Shown here in pieces: positions 16,852 through 27,343 of a stretch of DNA of 64,000 bases (its first letter is position 1; each line of letters opens with the position of its first letter). Both the position numbers and the translations under genes were made by a program. The DNA comes from Candidatus Stercoripulliclostridium sp. (GTDB taxonomy: Bacteria > Bacillota > Clostridia > Christensenellales > DTU072). The stretch covers positions 6,972 to 70,971 of the forward strand of contig JAZNIY010000017.1 in the NCBI GenBank assembly GCA_045577735.1, in the 5' to 3' direction. The notes below the pieces were generated by a model. The model ran no database searches, was not told the DNA's origin, and saw nothing but the letters and a program-made list of their open reading frames with translations.

Positions 16852-18210
16852 TTATTTTAATAGTAAAGAACCGATTTCGGCAATATCTCCAGCCCCTAAA
16901 ATATAAATTAAATCACCTTTTTGTAGGTCAGCCAGCACGTCGGCAACCAGTTCAAGCTGGGTGGCATAATAGCGCGCTTCCACCCCTCTTTCTCTCATTG
17001 CTTGGTAAAGATCGAAAGCATTTTTGCCACCACTTTCCTTTCTTGCAACGTATTCTTTAAGAAAATAAAGTTTGTCCACGCCCTCAAAAGCCGACGTAAA
17101 ATCTTCGAATAACGCTTCGGTGCGCGACAACGTATGTGGTTGGAATAAGGTTATTAGCCTACCACCGTTTGCCCTCTCTCTTGCCGTCCTCAAGGACGCT
17201 TTGATTTCCGTTGGATGATGGGCGTAATCCCTATACACACAAGCCCCTTGCCTATTTCCCAAATATTCAAAGCGTCCTCTCACTCCCCTAAACCTTTCTA
17301 TCCCCCTTTGTATAACTCTTCTTTCTATACCCAGCACCACGCCACAAGCAAAAGTAGCCAGTGCGTTATATACGTTATGAAACCCGGCAACACCCAACTT
17401 AATGTCGCAATTAGGGTATCCTTTTTGTACTATTTGGAAGCCATAATTTCCGTTACCATAATTTATAATATTCGTAGCCATCAAATCGGCAGTATTATTA
17501 ATTGCATAGGTGAACATATCTTTATGAGTGCTTTTAATAATGTGATAATTCTCGCTATCGGCATTCGTTACAAGTATCCCACCACGTTTTATGCCATAGC
17601 TAAAAGACAAAAACGCACTACGTAATTCGTCAATATTTTTGTAGGTGTCCGGGTGATCCATTTCAATATTTAAAATTACACCAACATCAGGGCGCAGGGC
17701 AAGAAAGCTCCTGTTGTATTCACAAGCTTCCGTCAAAAAAATATCCTTTCCTTTAAAAATTAGATTGCCCTTTTCCGTATGTCCGCCAACGTGGGCTGTA
17801 AAACTGCTATCGTTTTCTTCCAGCACTTTACTTAGCATTGCGCAAACCGTTGTCTTTCCGTGCGTACCACTTATAGCAATAGTTTTATAAAACTCACAAC
17901 TTATTTCATACAAAAAATATTCCCTGGATATCATTTTCTTGCCACCGTTAATGGCAATTAAAAACTCCGGGTTGTCCTTTTTTATTGCTCCACTATATAC
18001 GACCAAATCGGCACTCAAAACAGCCTTTTCACTTTCACCAATATAAATTTCGGCGCCCCATTCCAATAATTCTTCCACGTTTTTTGAATATGCAACGTCA
18101 GAGCCACTAACCTTACCACCCCATAATAGCACCAATTTTGCCAGTGCACTCATGCTGACGCCACCAATTCCTATAAAATGAATTTTCCCTATCCCGTTTG
18201 TTTTTTGCAT
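16852..18210 (-). CDS. murC: UDP-N-acetylmuramate--L-alanine ligase
   Basis: 452 aa. N-terminal HFIGIGGVSMSALA and Mur ligase P-loop GTHGKTT. Confidence 0.92.
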   Translation of the reverse strand: MQKTNGIGKIHFIGIGGVSMSALAKLVLLWGGKVSGSDVAYSKNVEELLEWGAEIYIGESEKAVLSADLVVYSGAIKKDNPEFLIAINGGKKMISREYFLYEISCEFYKTIAISGTHGKTTVCAMLSKVLEENDSSFTAHVGGHTEKGNLIFKGKDIFLTEACEYNRSFLALRPDVGVILNIEMDHPDTYKNIDELRSAFLSFSYGIKRGGILVTNADSENYHIIKSTHKDMFTYAINNTADLMATNIINYGNGNYGFQIVQKGYPNCDIKLGVAGFHNVYNALATFACGVVLGIERRVIQRGIERFRGVRGRFEYLGNRQGACVYRDYAHHPTEIKASLRTARERANGGRLITLFQPHTLSRTEALFEDFTSAFEGVDKLYFLKEYVARKESGGKNAFDLYQAMRERGVEARYYATQLELVADVLADLQKGDLIYILGAGDIAEIGSLLLK

Positions 18211-18294
18211 ATCACATTTTATGCTATAAGGGGATTTTTGGTGTACAAATATATTATTTTTTGAGGAATTTTATAAAATTTTTTAATTTCACTA

Positions 18295-18323
18295 TTGAAT
18301 AAACTAATTTTATGTTATATACT
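18295..18323 (+). promoter_or_regulatory. Candidate sigma-A promoter for spoVG
   Basis: TTGAAT, a 17-nt spacer, then TATACT. Confidence 0.5.
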
Positions 18324-18380
18324 TTAATTACTCGCTTTGTGTAACTTACTTTGCTAACTCATAAAACGCAAGAGGTGGAT

Positions 18381-18650
18381 ATGCAGGTTACAGATGTGCG
18401 TATTAAGCTAATCAAACAAGACGACACTAAGTTACGTGCCGTCGCAAGCGTCATTATTGACAACGCATTCGTAGTACACGACATTAAAGTTATTGAGGCA
18501 AAAGAAGGTGGGTGCTTCATAGTAATGCCTTCAAGAAAGGCTCCCGATGGAACCTATCGCGATATAGCACACCCATTAAGTACCGAAGTTCGTGAATACA
18601 TGCGTGACAAAATTCTTTCTGCTTACGAAGTAGCACTAAAAGAAGAGTAA
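18381..18650 (+). CDS. spoVG: Septation protein SpoVG
   Basis: MQVTDVRIKLI... follows a GAGGTGG RBS. The ORF-track start at 18351 is probably too early. Confidence 0.92.
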   Translation: MQVTDVRIKLIKQDDTKLRAVASVIIDNAFVVHDIKVIEAKEGGCFIVMPSRKAPDGTYRDIAHPLSTEVREYMRDKILSAYEVALKEE

Positions 18651-18656
18651 GACTAA

Positions 18657-20246
18657 TTAATTTTTTCTTTCGTAGTAGTTAAAATCCAGTTTTCCCATTT
18701 GCGTGCGTTTTATTTCCTTTTCCAAAACAAATTGGCGAGGGACTGCATAACGCACTATTTCTCGTTCAATTTTCTTCTTAATCTTGTTTTCAATGGATGA
18801 ATTATACTGCACGTCATCAACGAGTTGCAAATGCAAACGTATGTAGGGCTTGCCGTTTTTGTATGCCCTAGCAGCACAACACTCCATAACTTCGTCAATT
18901 TCGCGAGCAACCCTTTCTATCTCTTGGGGGAAAATATTTATTGCACCAATTTTTATGCTTCTCTTACTGCGCTCTTTGTAGAACAAGTATCCCTCGCTAT
19001 CTAGATAACCGAGGTCCCCGGTCTTTAGGAATTTTTTACCATCGACGATGGTTATATTTCCGTCTTCCCCATCAAGATAACCGTTCATAAGTGAGGCAGT
19101 ATTGACGTAAATTTCCCCTATTTCCATCGGTGCGCATTCTTTTTCATTATTAAAAATGCGTATTTCGTTACCTTTTAGGGCTTTACCTTGTGAATTTGGT
19201 TTGGTTTGCCCCTTTATTCCAACCGTTACGACGGATGCCGTTTCAGAAAGGCCGTATCCTTCCACTATTTCCGCATCACTGCCAGCCTCTTTTAGTGCTT
19301 CGTCAAAGTTTTTCTTGACCAGTCCACTTAGGCTGTCGCCACCACAAAAAGCATTGACTACACCCTTAAGTCTACCATCATACAAAGCCTTAACCCCTAG
19401 CATTTTTCTGTACATAGCGGGAACACCGGCAATATGGGTAATCTTGTGTTTTTTAATAAGTTTTACGCTCTCGCTTGGTAAAAATCTTGGTTGTAACACG
19501 ATCCTACAAGCGCAAGCTATCGTATGGGCGCAAACACCCAGTCCAAATCCGTGGAATATGGGTAGCATCATCAACATTGCATCCCTTTCTGCATCATAGG
19601 TTTTTTCGGGATGTACGGTTGTTAAAATGGAATTTGCTAGGTTATTTAGCGCAAAACTTGACAATACAACGGTTTTGGGTTCCCCCGTAGTGCCACCGGA
19701 GTGAATGTATGCAACGGCCTCCATACCATCGGTATGACCGGGAGTGCATTTTTCACACTTCAAAACTTTTTCAAAATATAGGTCCTTGTTGGGTAAAGAA
19801 GTTAAGGCGTACAATACTCTTAATCCCTTACGATAGTAAAACGGGGAGCATAGCACCGCTTTAACACCAATTTCAGCCAGCATATCTGCGTGCTTTTGGT
19901 ACAAAGCATCATACAAAAACAAAACCTTCGTTTGTGTGGAAAGAAGGATTTTCTTTAAATGAAGGGTGGGCAACCTTGGGTTTATAAGATTACATACGCT
20001 ACCTGTAGCAGAACAAGCATACAAGGTGAACAAAGCCTCGGGAATATTAGGTAGCATAACGCCCACACACCTACCTTGGTATCCATTTTTAACGATGAAG
20101 CCACCTACTTTTAGTATGCTATCCAATACTTCGGCAACGCTAAATTTTCTGCCATAATATTCAATTTTCGTTATATCGAGTTTGGGATTACTTTCAACCA
20201 ACGCATCGAATATATTTGAATTTAGTAACATATAATTAATATACAA
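18657..20246 (-). CDS. AMP-dependent synthetase/ligase (acyl-CoA synthetase family)
   Basis: 529 aa with the AMP-binding motif SGGTTGEPKTV. Confidence 0.8.
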   Translation of the reverse strand: MYINYMLLNSNIFDALVESNPKLDITKIEYYGRKFSVAEVLDSILKVGGFIVKNGYQGRCVGVMLPNIPEALFTLYACSATGSVCNLINPRLPTLHLKKILLSTQTKVLFLYDALYQKHADMLAEIGVKAVLCSPFYYRKGLRVLYALTSLPNKDLYFEKVLKCEKCTPGHTDGMEAVAYIHSGGTTGEPKTVVLSSFALNNLANSILTTVHPEKTYDAERDAMLMMLPIFHGFGLGVCAHTIACACRIVLQPRFLPSESVKLIKKHKITHIAGVPAMYRKMLGVKALYDGRLKGVVNAFCGGDSLSGLVKKNFDEALKEAGSDAEIVEGYGLSETASVVTVGIKGQTKPNSQGKALKGNEIRIFNNEKECAPMEIGEIYVNTASLMNGYLDGEDGNITIVDGKKFLKTGDLGYLDSEGYLFYKERSKRSIKIGAINIFPQEIERVAREIDEVMECCAARAYKNGKPYIRLHLQLVDDVQYNSSIENKIKKKIEREIVRYAVPRQFVLEKEIKRTQMGKLDFNYYERKN

Positions 20247-20305
20247 TAATCACGCGCAAATTTCAATAGAAAATACGTGCGAAACTTATTTTTAGTGAGG
20301 TAAAT

Positions 20306-20980
20306 ATGTTATTAAGTGAAATTGTAAACAAACGTGTCGTAATGCTCAGTGATGCAAGTGAACTAGGCATTATCATTGGTGCATACGTGCATAAGAACAC
20401 CCATCAAAGCCCCTATCTTGCCCTCGACAACGGCAAACAAATTAAAGTTGACGACGTGTTTTCTTTTGGTGAAGTTGTCACCATACTTGCAAGCGAAAAT
20501 GATGATATACCTCTTGACGAATACCATAAAATCACTATAAACCAAGAGATAATATTGGTTAGCGGGGAGCGCCTTGGGAAGGTAAGGGACCTGGAACTTA
20601 ACGGTAAAAAGAAGGGAGGTAGCATCGAAGGTGACAAAGGCTCCGTAAAGTTTAAAAGCATAGTATCTACCTCCACAAACATTATTGTGGCAAACCCAAC
20701 TTATAGGTCACTCAAACCACGCGTAAAAGAACCCGTTAAGGCCCTTCCTATTGCTCCGGAAGCATTAAACGCACCCTCAAACAGAACTGAAATCACGACC
20801 TATCTTAATCCCGTAAACGCGCCCTCATACGATTTTTTAATCGGCAAAAAAGTCAATAGTGAGGTTAGTGACATAAACCGTTCTTTCGTACTTATGGCAG
20901 GCACGATTATAACGGAAAAAATAATATCTAACGCCATTAGAGCCGGTAAGCTTACAGACTTAGTAAACAAATCAAAATAG
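20306..20980 (+). CDS. PRC-barrel-like protein, unknown function
   Basis: 224 aa. The N-terminal region resembles YlmC/YmxH-type PRC barrels, but the assignment is weak. Confidence 0.4.
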   Translation: MLLSEIVNKRVVMLSDASELGIIIGAYVHKNTHQSPYLALDNGKQIKVDDVFSFGEVVTILASENDDIPLDEYHKITINQEIILVSGERLGKVRDLELNGKKKGGSIEGDKGSVKFKSIVSTSTNIIVANPTYRSLKPRVKEPVKALPIAPEALNAPSNRTEITTYLNPVNAPSYDFLIGKKVNSEVSDINRSFVLMAGTIITEKIISNAIRAGKLTDLVNKSK

Positions 20981-21010
20981 AAAGAAAGCACTCGTTGAGT
21001 GCTTTCTTTC
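20980..21010. terminator. Bidirectional terminator hairpin
   Basis: gaaagaaagcact / agtgctttctttc, lying between convergent genes. Confidence 0.7.
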
Positions 21011-21012
21011 TA

Positions 21013-21282
21013 TTATACTTCTCTAAAACTACATCCATCACATTTGCAACAATTTTTCGGCGCTTCATTGCCGTAATGCATTGTGCCACAATTGCTACAC
21101 ATGTAACGCTTACCTGCTGTACCCTCTGCATTATTTACGTCAAAGCCAATATCACTTTGAGCATTGTCTTGAACGTTGGAATTACCATAGGAGTTTCCTA
21201 CGTCATTAACGTTATTGTTAGAAAAATACTTATTAGGGCTACCACAATCGCTGGGTTGTTGATTTGTATATTGATCGTTCAT
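21013..21282 (-). CDS. Asn-rich protein with a C-terminal zinc-ribbon-like Cys cluster
   Basis: 89 aa with a strong AAGGAGA RBS and CSNCG...CCKCDGC. Confidence 0.6.
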   Translation of the reverse strand: MNDQYTNQQPSDCGSPNKYFSNNNVNDVGNSYGNSNVQDNAQSDIGFDVNNAEGTAGKRYMCSNCGTMHYGNEAPKNCCKCDGCSFREV

Positions 21283-21339
21283 AATACAATTCTCCTTTAT
21301 TTGATAATGGTATTATGCCTCCATTAACAATTTTTATAC

Positions 21340-22767
21340 CTAAAACACAACCTTGTTTTCAAGATACGATTTAAACACGCCTTCCACCTTTTTACCACCG
21401 CTTTTACTAAAACTTACCATTAAATCCTCACCTGTCGCTACCTTTCCTGCATAATCGCTATAGTAGTTTCGAACTCCCTTTTTGAATGACTTTTCGCCTA
21501 GCACGTTATATATCCCGTCATAAAGCAATACGCCGTAACCATAAACCATACTAGAATATTCCTCCATCGTCTTAAATTCCCCAAGCGTGCAATCTAGCCT
21601 GGGCTGATATCCCAGTCCATACTTTTCCTTGCCCACCTCCATAAACTTTTTATAATAACCCTTTTCAGCACTAATACTTTCTTTATACCCACCGTTATTA
21701 TATATATCCATATAATAATAGGTTAAGAAGCTCGTCAAACTTTCGTCCACCCAACATTCTTCATAAGAGTTTGAACCGACAGAAAGCCCAAACCACTGGT
21801 GTATAATCTCGTGAGCAATTATAAACTCTTTGTTTCGTGCACCCGATTTAATAAGGACTATCCCCGAGTACTCCATACCACCATAATCAAAAGGCGTTTC
21901 CACTAACGCAAAACTTGAATACGGATAGGCCCCTATTTCTTTACTAAAAAAGGCCAAGCACTCCTTAATAAAGTTTGTGTAATCCTCCTTACCCCGCGTA
22001 TATTGGCGTATCTTAACTCCATCTATCTCATTTTCGTACGTTTCGCAATTTTTAATAAGAGCTATTGCTACGTCACGCGCATTATTTAGGCTAAACGTGC
22101 TTTCTTTAGACCTCTCACTTTCACTATTTGATATCATTTCACCGGGGAATGCAAGAGTATATTCCATTGGATACTCTATTTTTATCGTTACGTCATCATA
22201 ACTAAAAAAATATGGATCGCCTATTTTGGAGTAGGGCACCACGACAAACGAACCGCCATCGAAATAGGCAAGACGTGGGAAAAAGGCATGCAAATTGTAG
22301 TACCCATTCCCATATCCCAGTCTACCATTTCCTTCGGGTAAAGCCACTCGGCTAGAAATTGTAATTACCCCACTCTCCCCCGCCTTCAATTCTTCATCCA
22401 AAGTCACCAACAAATTGATGCCATCTACATTATATATTTGATCGCGCGCGTATAAGGAAACGTTTCCAATCGTAACCCTTCCTCCCTCTTCCTCATAAGC
22501 GTTAGGATACAAGTAAAAAGGTAATTCTTTAATGCTAACGTCACTCTCATTAGTCACTTCAATTTCGCTTGTCACGTAAAGCACTTTTTGTTCCTCGTTA
22601 AGTGCACACTTTACGTTATAGTTTACACATAAAGCACCACTTTTTTCATCCCTCTTGCATCCCGTCACGCTAACGCAAACAAGCACGATCATTAAAAGTA
22701 ACAATGCTAATATTATTTTTTTCTTCATCATATTATATATGATTGAGAATGCGCTGTTTTTATGCAA
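21340..22767 (-). CDS. M1-family metallopeptidase lipoprotein
   Basis: HEIIH-X18-E zinc motif and lipobox VTGC. The true start may be the MMKKK at about 22731. Confidence 0.8.
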   Translation of the reverse strand: MHKNSAFSIIYNMMKKKIILALLLLMIVLVCVSVTGCKRDEKSGALCVNYNVKCALNEEQKVLYVTSEIEVTNESDVSIKELPFYLYPNAYEEEGGRVTIGNVSLYARDQIYNVDGINLLVTLDEELKAGESGVITISSRVALPEGNGRLGYGNGYYNLHAFFPRLAYFDGGSFVVVPYSKIGDPYFFSYDDVTIKIEYPMEYTLAFPGEMISNSESERSKESTFSLNNARDVAIALIKNCETYENEIDGVKIRQYTRGKEDYTNFIKECLAFFSKEIGAYPYSSFALVETPFDYGGMEYSGIVLIKSGARNKEFIIAHEIIHQWFGLSVGSNSYEECWVDESLTSFLTYYYMDIYNNGGYKESISAEKGYYKKFMEVGKEKYGLGYQPRLDCTLGEFKTMEEYSSMVYGYGVLLYDGIYNVLGEKSFKKGVRNYYSDYAGKVATGEDLMVSFSKSGGKKVEGVFKSYLENKVVF

Positions 22768-22900
22768 AAAGGCACAGTTTTAGGGCTTGTTTTACCTTTT
22801 ATTTACTTTTTCCAATTGAATATAATTTCTATACTACGGTTTTCTTTCATGCTATAATGAATACGCTAAAACGCTCATAATTTTCCCCCTTATCATAGCG

Positions 22901-22937
22901 AAAGAGGTACAACAAAATTTTTGTTGTACCTCTTTTG
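22901..22937. terminator. Bidirectional terminator-like hairpin
   Basis: aagaggtacaacaa / ttgttgtacctctt, flanked by an A-run and a T-run. Confidence 0.6.
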
Positions 22938-22958
22938 CATTCAAATGGCCGTTGCATA

Positions 22959-22989
22959 AAAAAAGAGCAAGTAATAAACTTGCTCTTTT
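22959..22989 (-). terminator. Rho-independent terminator after rpsI
   Basis: aagagcaagt / acttgctctt followed by a T-run on the minus strand. Confidence 0.7.
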
Positions 22990-23007
22990 GACAATTGAAT
23001 TGATCTC

Positions 23008-23424
23008 TTATCTCTTTGAGAATTGGGGAGCTTTACGAGCCTTATGTAGACCGTATTTCTTACGTTCTTTCATTCTGGGGTCACGGGTTAGGAAGCCTGC
23101 AGCCTTGAGTGAAGGACGGAGAGTTTCATCAGCGAGACAAAGAGCTCTAGCGATACCATGACGGATTGCGCCAGCTTGTCCGGTAGTACCACCACCACGA
23201 ACGTTAACTGCTACGTCATACTTGTCGAGAGTAGAAGTAAGAACCAAGGGTTGGCGTACGATGAACTTGAGGGTTTCAAGACCGAAGTATTGGTCGATAG
23301 TTCTCTTATTGATAACGATATTGCCTTCGCCACCGGGAATAAGTCTTACGCGAGCAATAGCTTTTTTACGTCTGCCGGTTCCCCAGTATTGAACTTTCTT
23401 TTTAATAACTTTCTTTGCGGTCAT
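23008..23424 (-). CDS. rpsI: 30S ribosomal protein S9
   Basis: 138 aa ending ...[11 protein letters not shown]. Confidence 0.95.
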   Translation of the reverse strand: MTAKKVIKKKVQYWGTGRRKKAIARVRLIPGGEGNIVINKRTIDQYFGLETLKFIVRQPLVLTSTLDKYDVAVNVRGGGTTGQAGAIRHGIARALCLADETLRPSLKAAGFLTRDPRMKERKKYGLHKARKAPQFSKR

Positions 23425-23434
23425 AATTCACCTC

Positions 23435-23869
23435 TTAATAATTAAGCTTTAACTCAACGGGTTGTTGTGCTTGTTGCTTGTGTTCAGCGCCAGCATAAAC
23501 GAAGAGTTTGGAAAGCATATGTCTACCAATAGAGTTCTTGGGGAGCATACCTTTAACAGCGTGCTTTACTGCGAACTCGGGCTTGGTTGCCATAAGTTTG
23601 TCGTAACGGATTTCTTTCAAACCGCCAACGTAACCAGTGTGGTAACGATAGTATTTCTTTTCTAACTTTTTACCGGTTAGAACAACTTTGTCACAATTAA
23701 TAACGATAACGTAATCACCCGTATCAACGTTAGGAGTGAAGGTGGGCTTGTTCTTTCCACGAAGAATCATTGCAACTTGGCTTGCAAGTCTACCTAGTGA
23801 CATGCCTTGAGCATCCACTACGTACCATTTTCTTTCAACGTTTTCGGGTTTTGCCATATATGATTTCAT
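23435..23869 (-). CDS. rplM: 50S ribosomal protein L13
   Basis: 144 aa containing WYVVDA. Confidence 0.95.
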   Translation of the reverse strand: MKSYMAKPENVERKWYVVDAQGMSLGRLASQVAMILRGKNKPTFTPNVDTGDYVIVINCDKVVLTGKKLEKKYYRYHTGYVGGLKEIRYDKLMATKPEFAVKHAVKGMLPKNSIGRHMLSKLFVYAGAEHKQQAQQPVELKLNY

Positions 23870-23946
23870 GGTAAATCCTCCAGTTTTTTATCGATTCTTT
23901 TGAGTCGGAGGGGCTAGTTCTTTCTCAAAATGTCGCGTGCCTAAAT

Positions 23947-23975
23947 ATAATATTATATTAGTTAGAATAAGTCAA
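23947..23975 (-). promoter_or_regulatory. Candidate promoter for rplM-rpsI
   Basis: TTGACT, a 17-nt spacer, then TATTAT on the minus strand. An approximately 75-nt leader follows. Confidence 0.5.
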
Positions 23976-24016
23976 ATAAAAAACGCTATTTTTTTCACTA
24001 AAAATAATATTTTTAA

Positions 24017-24760
24017 CTATTCCAACTCCATATATTCCACTTGCTTGAGGCACAGACCACAAGCGGGGTAGGTTTTTCCCCCTGCTTTTCTGTTTCCTGT
24101 AGCAAGCATTTCATCAATTGCCGTTTCGGGAAGTTTGCCTTTCCCTATGAAATATAACGTTCCCACAATGATGCGCACCATGTTATAAAGGAAGCCGTTT
24201 CCGGTTATTTCAAATATAACCTCGTCCCCCTTTTCCACGATGTTAAACTCATAAATTTCGCGCTCTGTGGAATTAATTGAGCTTCCCGTCGAACAAAACG
24301 CCTTGAAATCATGCTTTCCAACAAGGCTTTTACTCGCCCTTTTCATCTTCTCCACGTCAACGGGAGGAAGTATGCGTGCATAAAAACGATCTCTCAACGG
24401 AGAGGCGCTTTCGCTAACGTAACTACGATACAAATAGGTTTTGCGCTTTGCAGAATATTGAGCGTGAAAATCGGAGGACACTTTGAACATCTTTTGAATT
24501 TTAACGTCACTTGGAAGCAGGCTGTTCAAAGAATAAATAGTACTTCTGGTATTAAGTTCCTTTTCACTTTCAAAATGGGCAACTTGTCCCTCTGCGTGCA
24601 CGCCACTGTCCGTTCTACCACTAGCATAAATTGTGGTCTTGCTACCAAGCACTACCTCTAGGGCTTCTTCTATTTTTTGTTGGACGGAAACGGCGTTCTT
24701 TTGACGTTGCCAACCGGCATAATTCGTCCCGTCGTACTCAATAACCATTGCGTAACGCAT
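24017..24760 (-). CDS. truA: tRNA pseudouridine(38-40) synthase
   Basis: 247 aa with the catalytic-Asp context GRTDSGVHA. Confidence 0.92.
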   Translation of the reverse strand: MRYAMVIEYDGTNYAGWQRQKNAVSVQQKIEEALEVVLGSKTTIYASGRTDSGVHAEGQVAHFESEKELNTRSTIYSLNSLLPSDVKIQKMFKVSSDFHAQYSAKRKTYLYRSYVSESASPLRDRFYARILPPVDVEKMKRASKSLVGKHDFKAFCSTGSSINSTEREIYEFNIVEKGDEVIFEITGNGFLYNMVRIIVGTLYFIGKGKLPETAIDEMLATGNRKAGGKTYPACGLCLKQVEYMELE

Positions 24761-25572
24761 TAGTATAACCCCCAGAAATTGTTGTTGACAGCAACGACCA
24801 AAGTGATAAAAATTCCGGTCACTAGGCTTGCAATAAGGTCACGCCAAGATAGAGAGGCTTTTTTGTATTTCGTACGATTTGGAGTAGCGTTATAGCATCT
24901 TGCATCCAGCGCCAACGCTAGCTCGTCTGCACGTCTAAAAGCAGAAACGAAAAGTGGGATTAAAACGGGCAACAATGCCTTAGCGCGCTTTAATAAGCCC
25001 CCCCTATCAAAGCAAGCGCCCCTTGCCTTTTGTGCCATCATAATTTTGTCCACCTCTTCCATCAAAATGGGAATGAAACGAAGCGCAATCGACATTATTA
25101 TTGCAATATCATGGGTGGGCACTTTGATGAGTTTTAGGGGGTACATTAGGCTTTCCATACCATCGGTTAGTGCCATTGGTGTGGTCGTGTAGGTTAGCAA
25201 GGAAGTGCCCATTACCAAGAAAATTAACCTTAGCGCTAGGTTTACTGCAGTAATTATTCCTCCCTCCGTAATGGTAAAAATCCACCAGGAGCAATAAACC
25301 TTGCCCTCTGCGTTAGCAAAAAGGTTTATAACGCTCATAATTACAACAATAAAAATTATTGCTTTTATGCTTTTTAGTACCTTAATTATGGGAACACGGG
25401 ACACCAAAGTAGTTAAAAGTATAAAAACACCAACGGCTATATACGCGTACAAACTCTTGACCAAAAAGACCATAACTATGAACGCTATGGTGAGTAACAA
25501 TTTTACTCTTGCATCAAGTTTATGCACGGGAGAATTGCTAGGATAATATTGTCCGAAACTTACTTCTCGCAT
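24760..25572 (-). CDS. ecfT: ECF transporter transmembrane (T) component
   Basis: 270-aa membrane protein in the conserved position after the two ecfA genes. Confidence 0.85.
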   Translation of the reverse strand: MREVSFGQYYPSNSPVHKLDARVKLLLTIAFIVMVFLVKSLYAYIAVGVFILLTTLVSRVPIIKVLKSIKAIIFIVVIMSVINLFANAEGKVYCSWWIFTITEGGIITAVNLALRLIFLVMGTSLLTYTTTPMALTDGMESLMYPLKLIKVPTHDIAIIMSIALRFIPILMEEVDKIMMAQKARGACFDRGGLLKRAKALLPVLIPLFVSAFRRADELALALDARCYNATPNRTKYKKASLSWRDLIASLVTGIFITLVVAVNNNFWGLY

Positions 25573-26417
25573 TCTATCCTCCTAGCTAAGAGTTCGGTAA
25601 ACTCTTCCTTTGTAAGTGGGGTGTCACCAAGTTCCAAGCCCCTTTCCTTTAGCATTTGAGAAAGTGCAACAACGTGTGGCACCTCTAGTCCCGTTGCTTC
25701 AAGTTTTTCAGGGTGTGCAAACAGTTCTCTCGGCGTTGTATCATACAACAATTTAGCATCGTTAAGAACGATAACACGATTGCAATACTCGGCGATCTCA
25801 TCCATATTGTGAGATATCATAATAACCGTTTTAACGTAGCTTTCTTTAAGTTTTTTCACCAGGTCCAAAATCTCTTTTTTGCCCTGTGGATCCAACCCTG
25901 CTGTTGGCTCGTCAAGCACTAAAATTTCGGGACGAGATGCAATAACGCCGGCTATTGCCACCCTTCTTTTTTGACCACCGGAAAGCTCAAACGGCGACTT
26001 GTCCTTGACCTCTTCATAATCAAGTCCGGTGAGCTCCAAAGCATATTTAGAAAGGATGTCTGCTTCGTCTTTTGGAATACCAAAATTTAGAGGTCCAAAC
26101 TCAACGTCCTCTTTAACGGTATCTGCAAAAAGTTGGTATTCGGGATATTGGAACAACATACCTACGGCTTTACGCAAAGCGCCGAGGTCCAATTTCTTTG
26201 AATGAAGCTCCATATCTCCCACGAAAATCTTGCCGTGTGAAATACGAATGAGGGCGTTAAAATGTTGGCATAGCGTACTCTTACCGGACCCGGTCGAGCC
26301 AATTATGCCAATGGTGTCCCCTTCGTTGATAGTAAACGTTATATCATCAAGCGCCACCTTTTCAAAAGGTGTTTTGGGAGAATAGGTATATTTAAGATTT
26401 TCTACTTTAATTTGCAT
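25560..26417 (-). CDS. ecfA2: ECF transporter ATPase A2
   Basis: Walker A GSTGSGKST and ABC signature LSGGQKRR. Confidence 0.88.
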   Translation of the reverse strand: MQIKVENLKYTYSPKTPFEKVALDDITFTINEGDTIGIIGSTGSGKSTLCQHFNALIRISHGKIFVGDMELHSKKLDLGALRKAVGMLFQYPEYQLFADTVKEDVEFGPLNFGIPKDEADILSKYALELTGLDYEEVKDKSPFELSGGQKRRVAIAGVIASRPEILVLDEPTAGLDPQGKKEILDLVKKLKESYVKTVIMISHNMDEIAEYCNRVIVLNDAKLLYDTTPRELFAHPEKLEATGLEVPHVVALSQMLKERGLELGDTPLTKEEFTELLARRIECEK

Positions 26418-27262
26418 ATACTCTCCGCAAGCTCTATGTCCGTTAATGCAAAATCAACGGGATAACCCATTTCTTGTAGCTTTAAGGAGATTGCCGTAGC
26501 AATAGGCAATTCCAATGACGCTTTCTTGATAACATCCGTCTTACTAAACACTTCCTTGGGCGTCCCCATAGCAAGCACTTCGCCCTCGTTAAGCACTATA
26601 ACCTTGTCTGCTTTTATAGCTTCGTCCATATAGTGCGTAATTAGTATTACGGTCATACCCTTTTCTTGGTTTAGTCGCATTGCCGTTTCCATAACCTCCG
26701 CTCTACCCTTGGGGTCAAGCATTGCCGTGGATTCGTCAAGGACTAAAATTTCCGGTAACATGGAAAGCACGCTCGCAATCGCAATGCGTTGCTTTTGTCC
26801 ACCACTCAGTTTGTTCGGTGCGCGATGTCTATGTTCGCTCATATTTACGGTTTCAAGCGCCCAAGTAATGCGTTTTTCTATTTCTTCACGAGGAACACCA
26901 AGGTTTTCGGGTCCAAAAGCCAAATCGTCTTCAATAATTGAAGCTACCATTTGGTTGTCAGGATTTTGGAAAACCATCCCTATTTTGGAACGAATATCGT
27001 AAATGCGCTCTTCATCGGCAGTATCAATGCCGTTTACTTTGACAAAACCATTATCTGGAAGGATAAAACCATTTAGTAATTTAGCAAGCGTACTCTTGCC
27101 CGATCCATTGTGTCCCAAAAGAACGCAAAATTCACCTCTCTCAATAGAGAGGTTTACGTTCCTTACACCACGAGCTATAGATTCGCCCTCGGCATTACGA
27201 TAGTCGTATGATAGATTTTCAATTTCTATCACTACGTTTTTTTGTTCCATTTGCATTTCCAT
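26402..27262 (-). CDS. ecfA1: ECF transporter ATPase A1
   Basis: Walker A GHNGSGKST and ABC signature LSGGQKQR. Confidence 0.88.
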   Translation of the reverse strand: MEMQMEQKNVVIEIENLSYDYRNAEGESIARGVRNVNLSIERGEFCVLLGHNGSGKSTLAKLLNGFILPDNGFVKVNGIDTADEERIYDIRSKIGMVFQNPDNQMVASIIEDDLAFGPENLGVPREEIEKRITWALETVNMSEHRHRAPNKLSGGQKQRIAIASVLSMLPEILVLDESTAMLDPKGRAEVMETAMRLNQEKGMTVILITHYMDEAIKADKVIVLNEGEVLAMGTPKEVFSKTDVIKKASLELPIATAISLKLQEMGYPVDFALTDIELAESICKLK

Positions 27263-27311
27263 AACTTATTTATTTTAACATAACTTAAGTTAATATACAA
27301 TTAAATATTAT

Positions 27312-27341
27312 AAAAATAAAAAACTCACAAAGAGTGAGTTT
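27312..27341 (-). terminator. Rho-independent terminator after the CYTH gene
   Basis: aaactcac / gtgagttt followed by a T-run on the minus strand. Confidence 0.65.
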
Positions 27342-27343
27342 AA

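Noticed and set aside
20995-21327. 110-aa hydrophobic plus-strand ORF.
   Set aside because: It starts inside the terminator hairpin. It overlaps the minus-strand zinc-ribbon gene, which has a strong AAGGAGA RBS.
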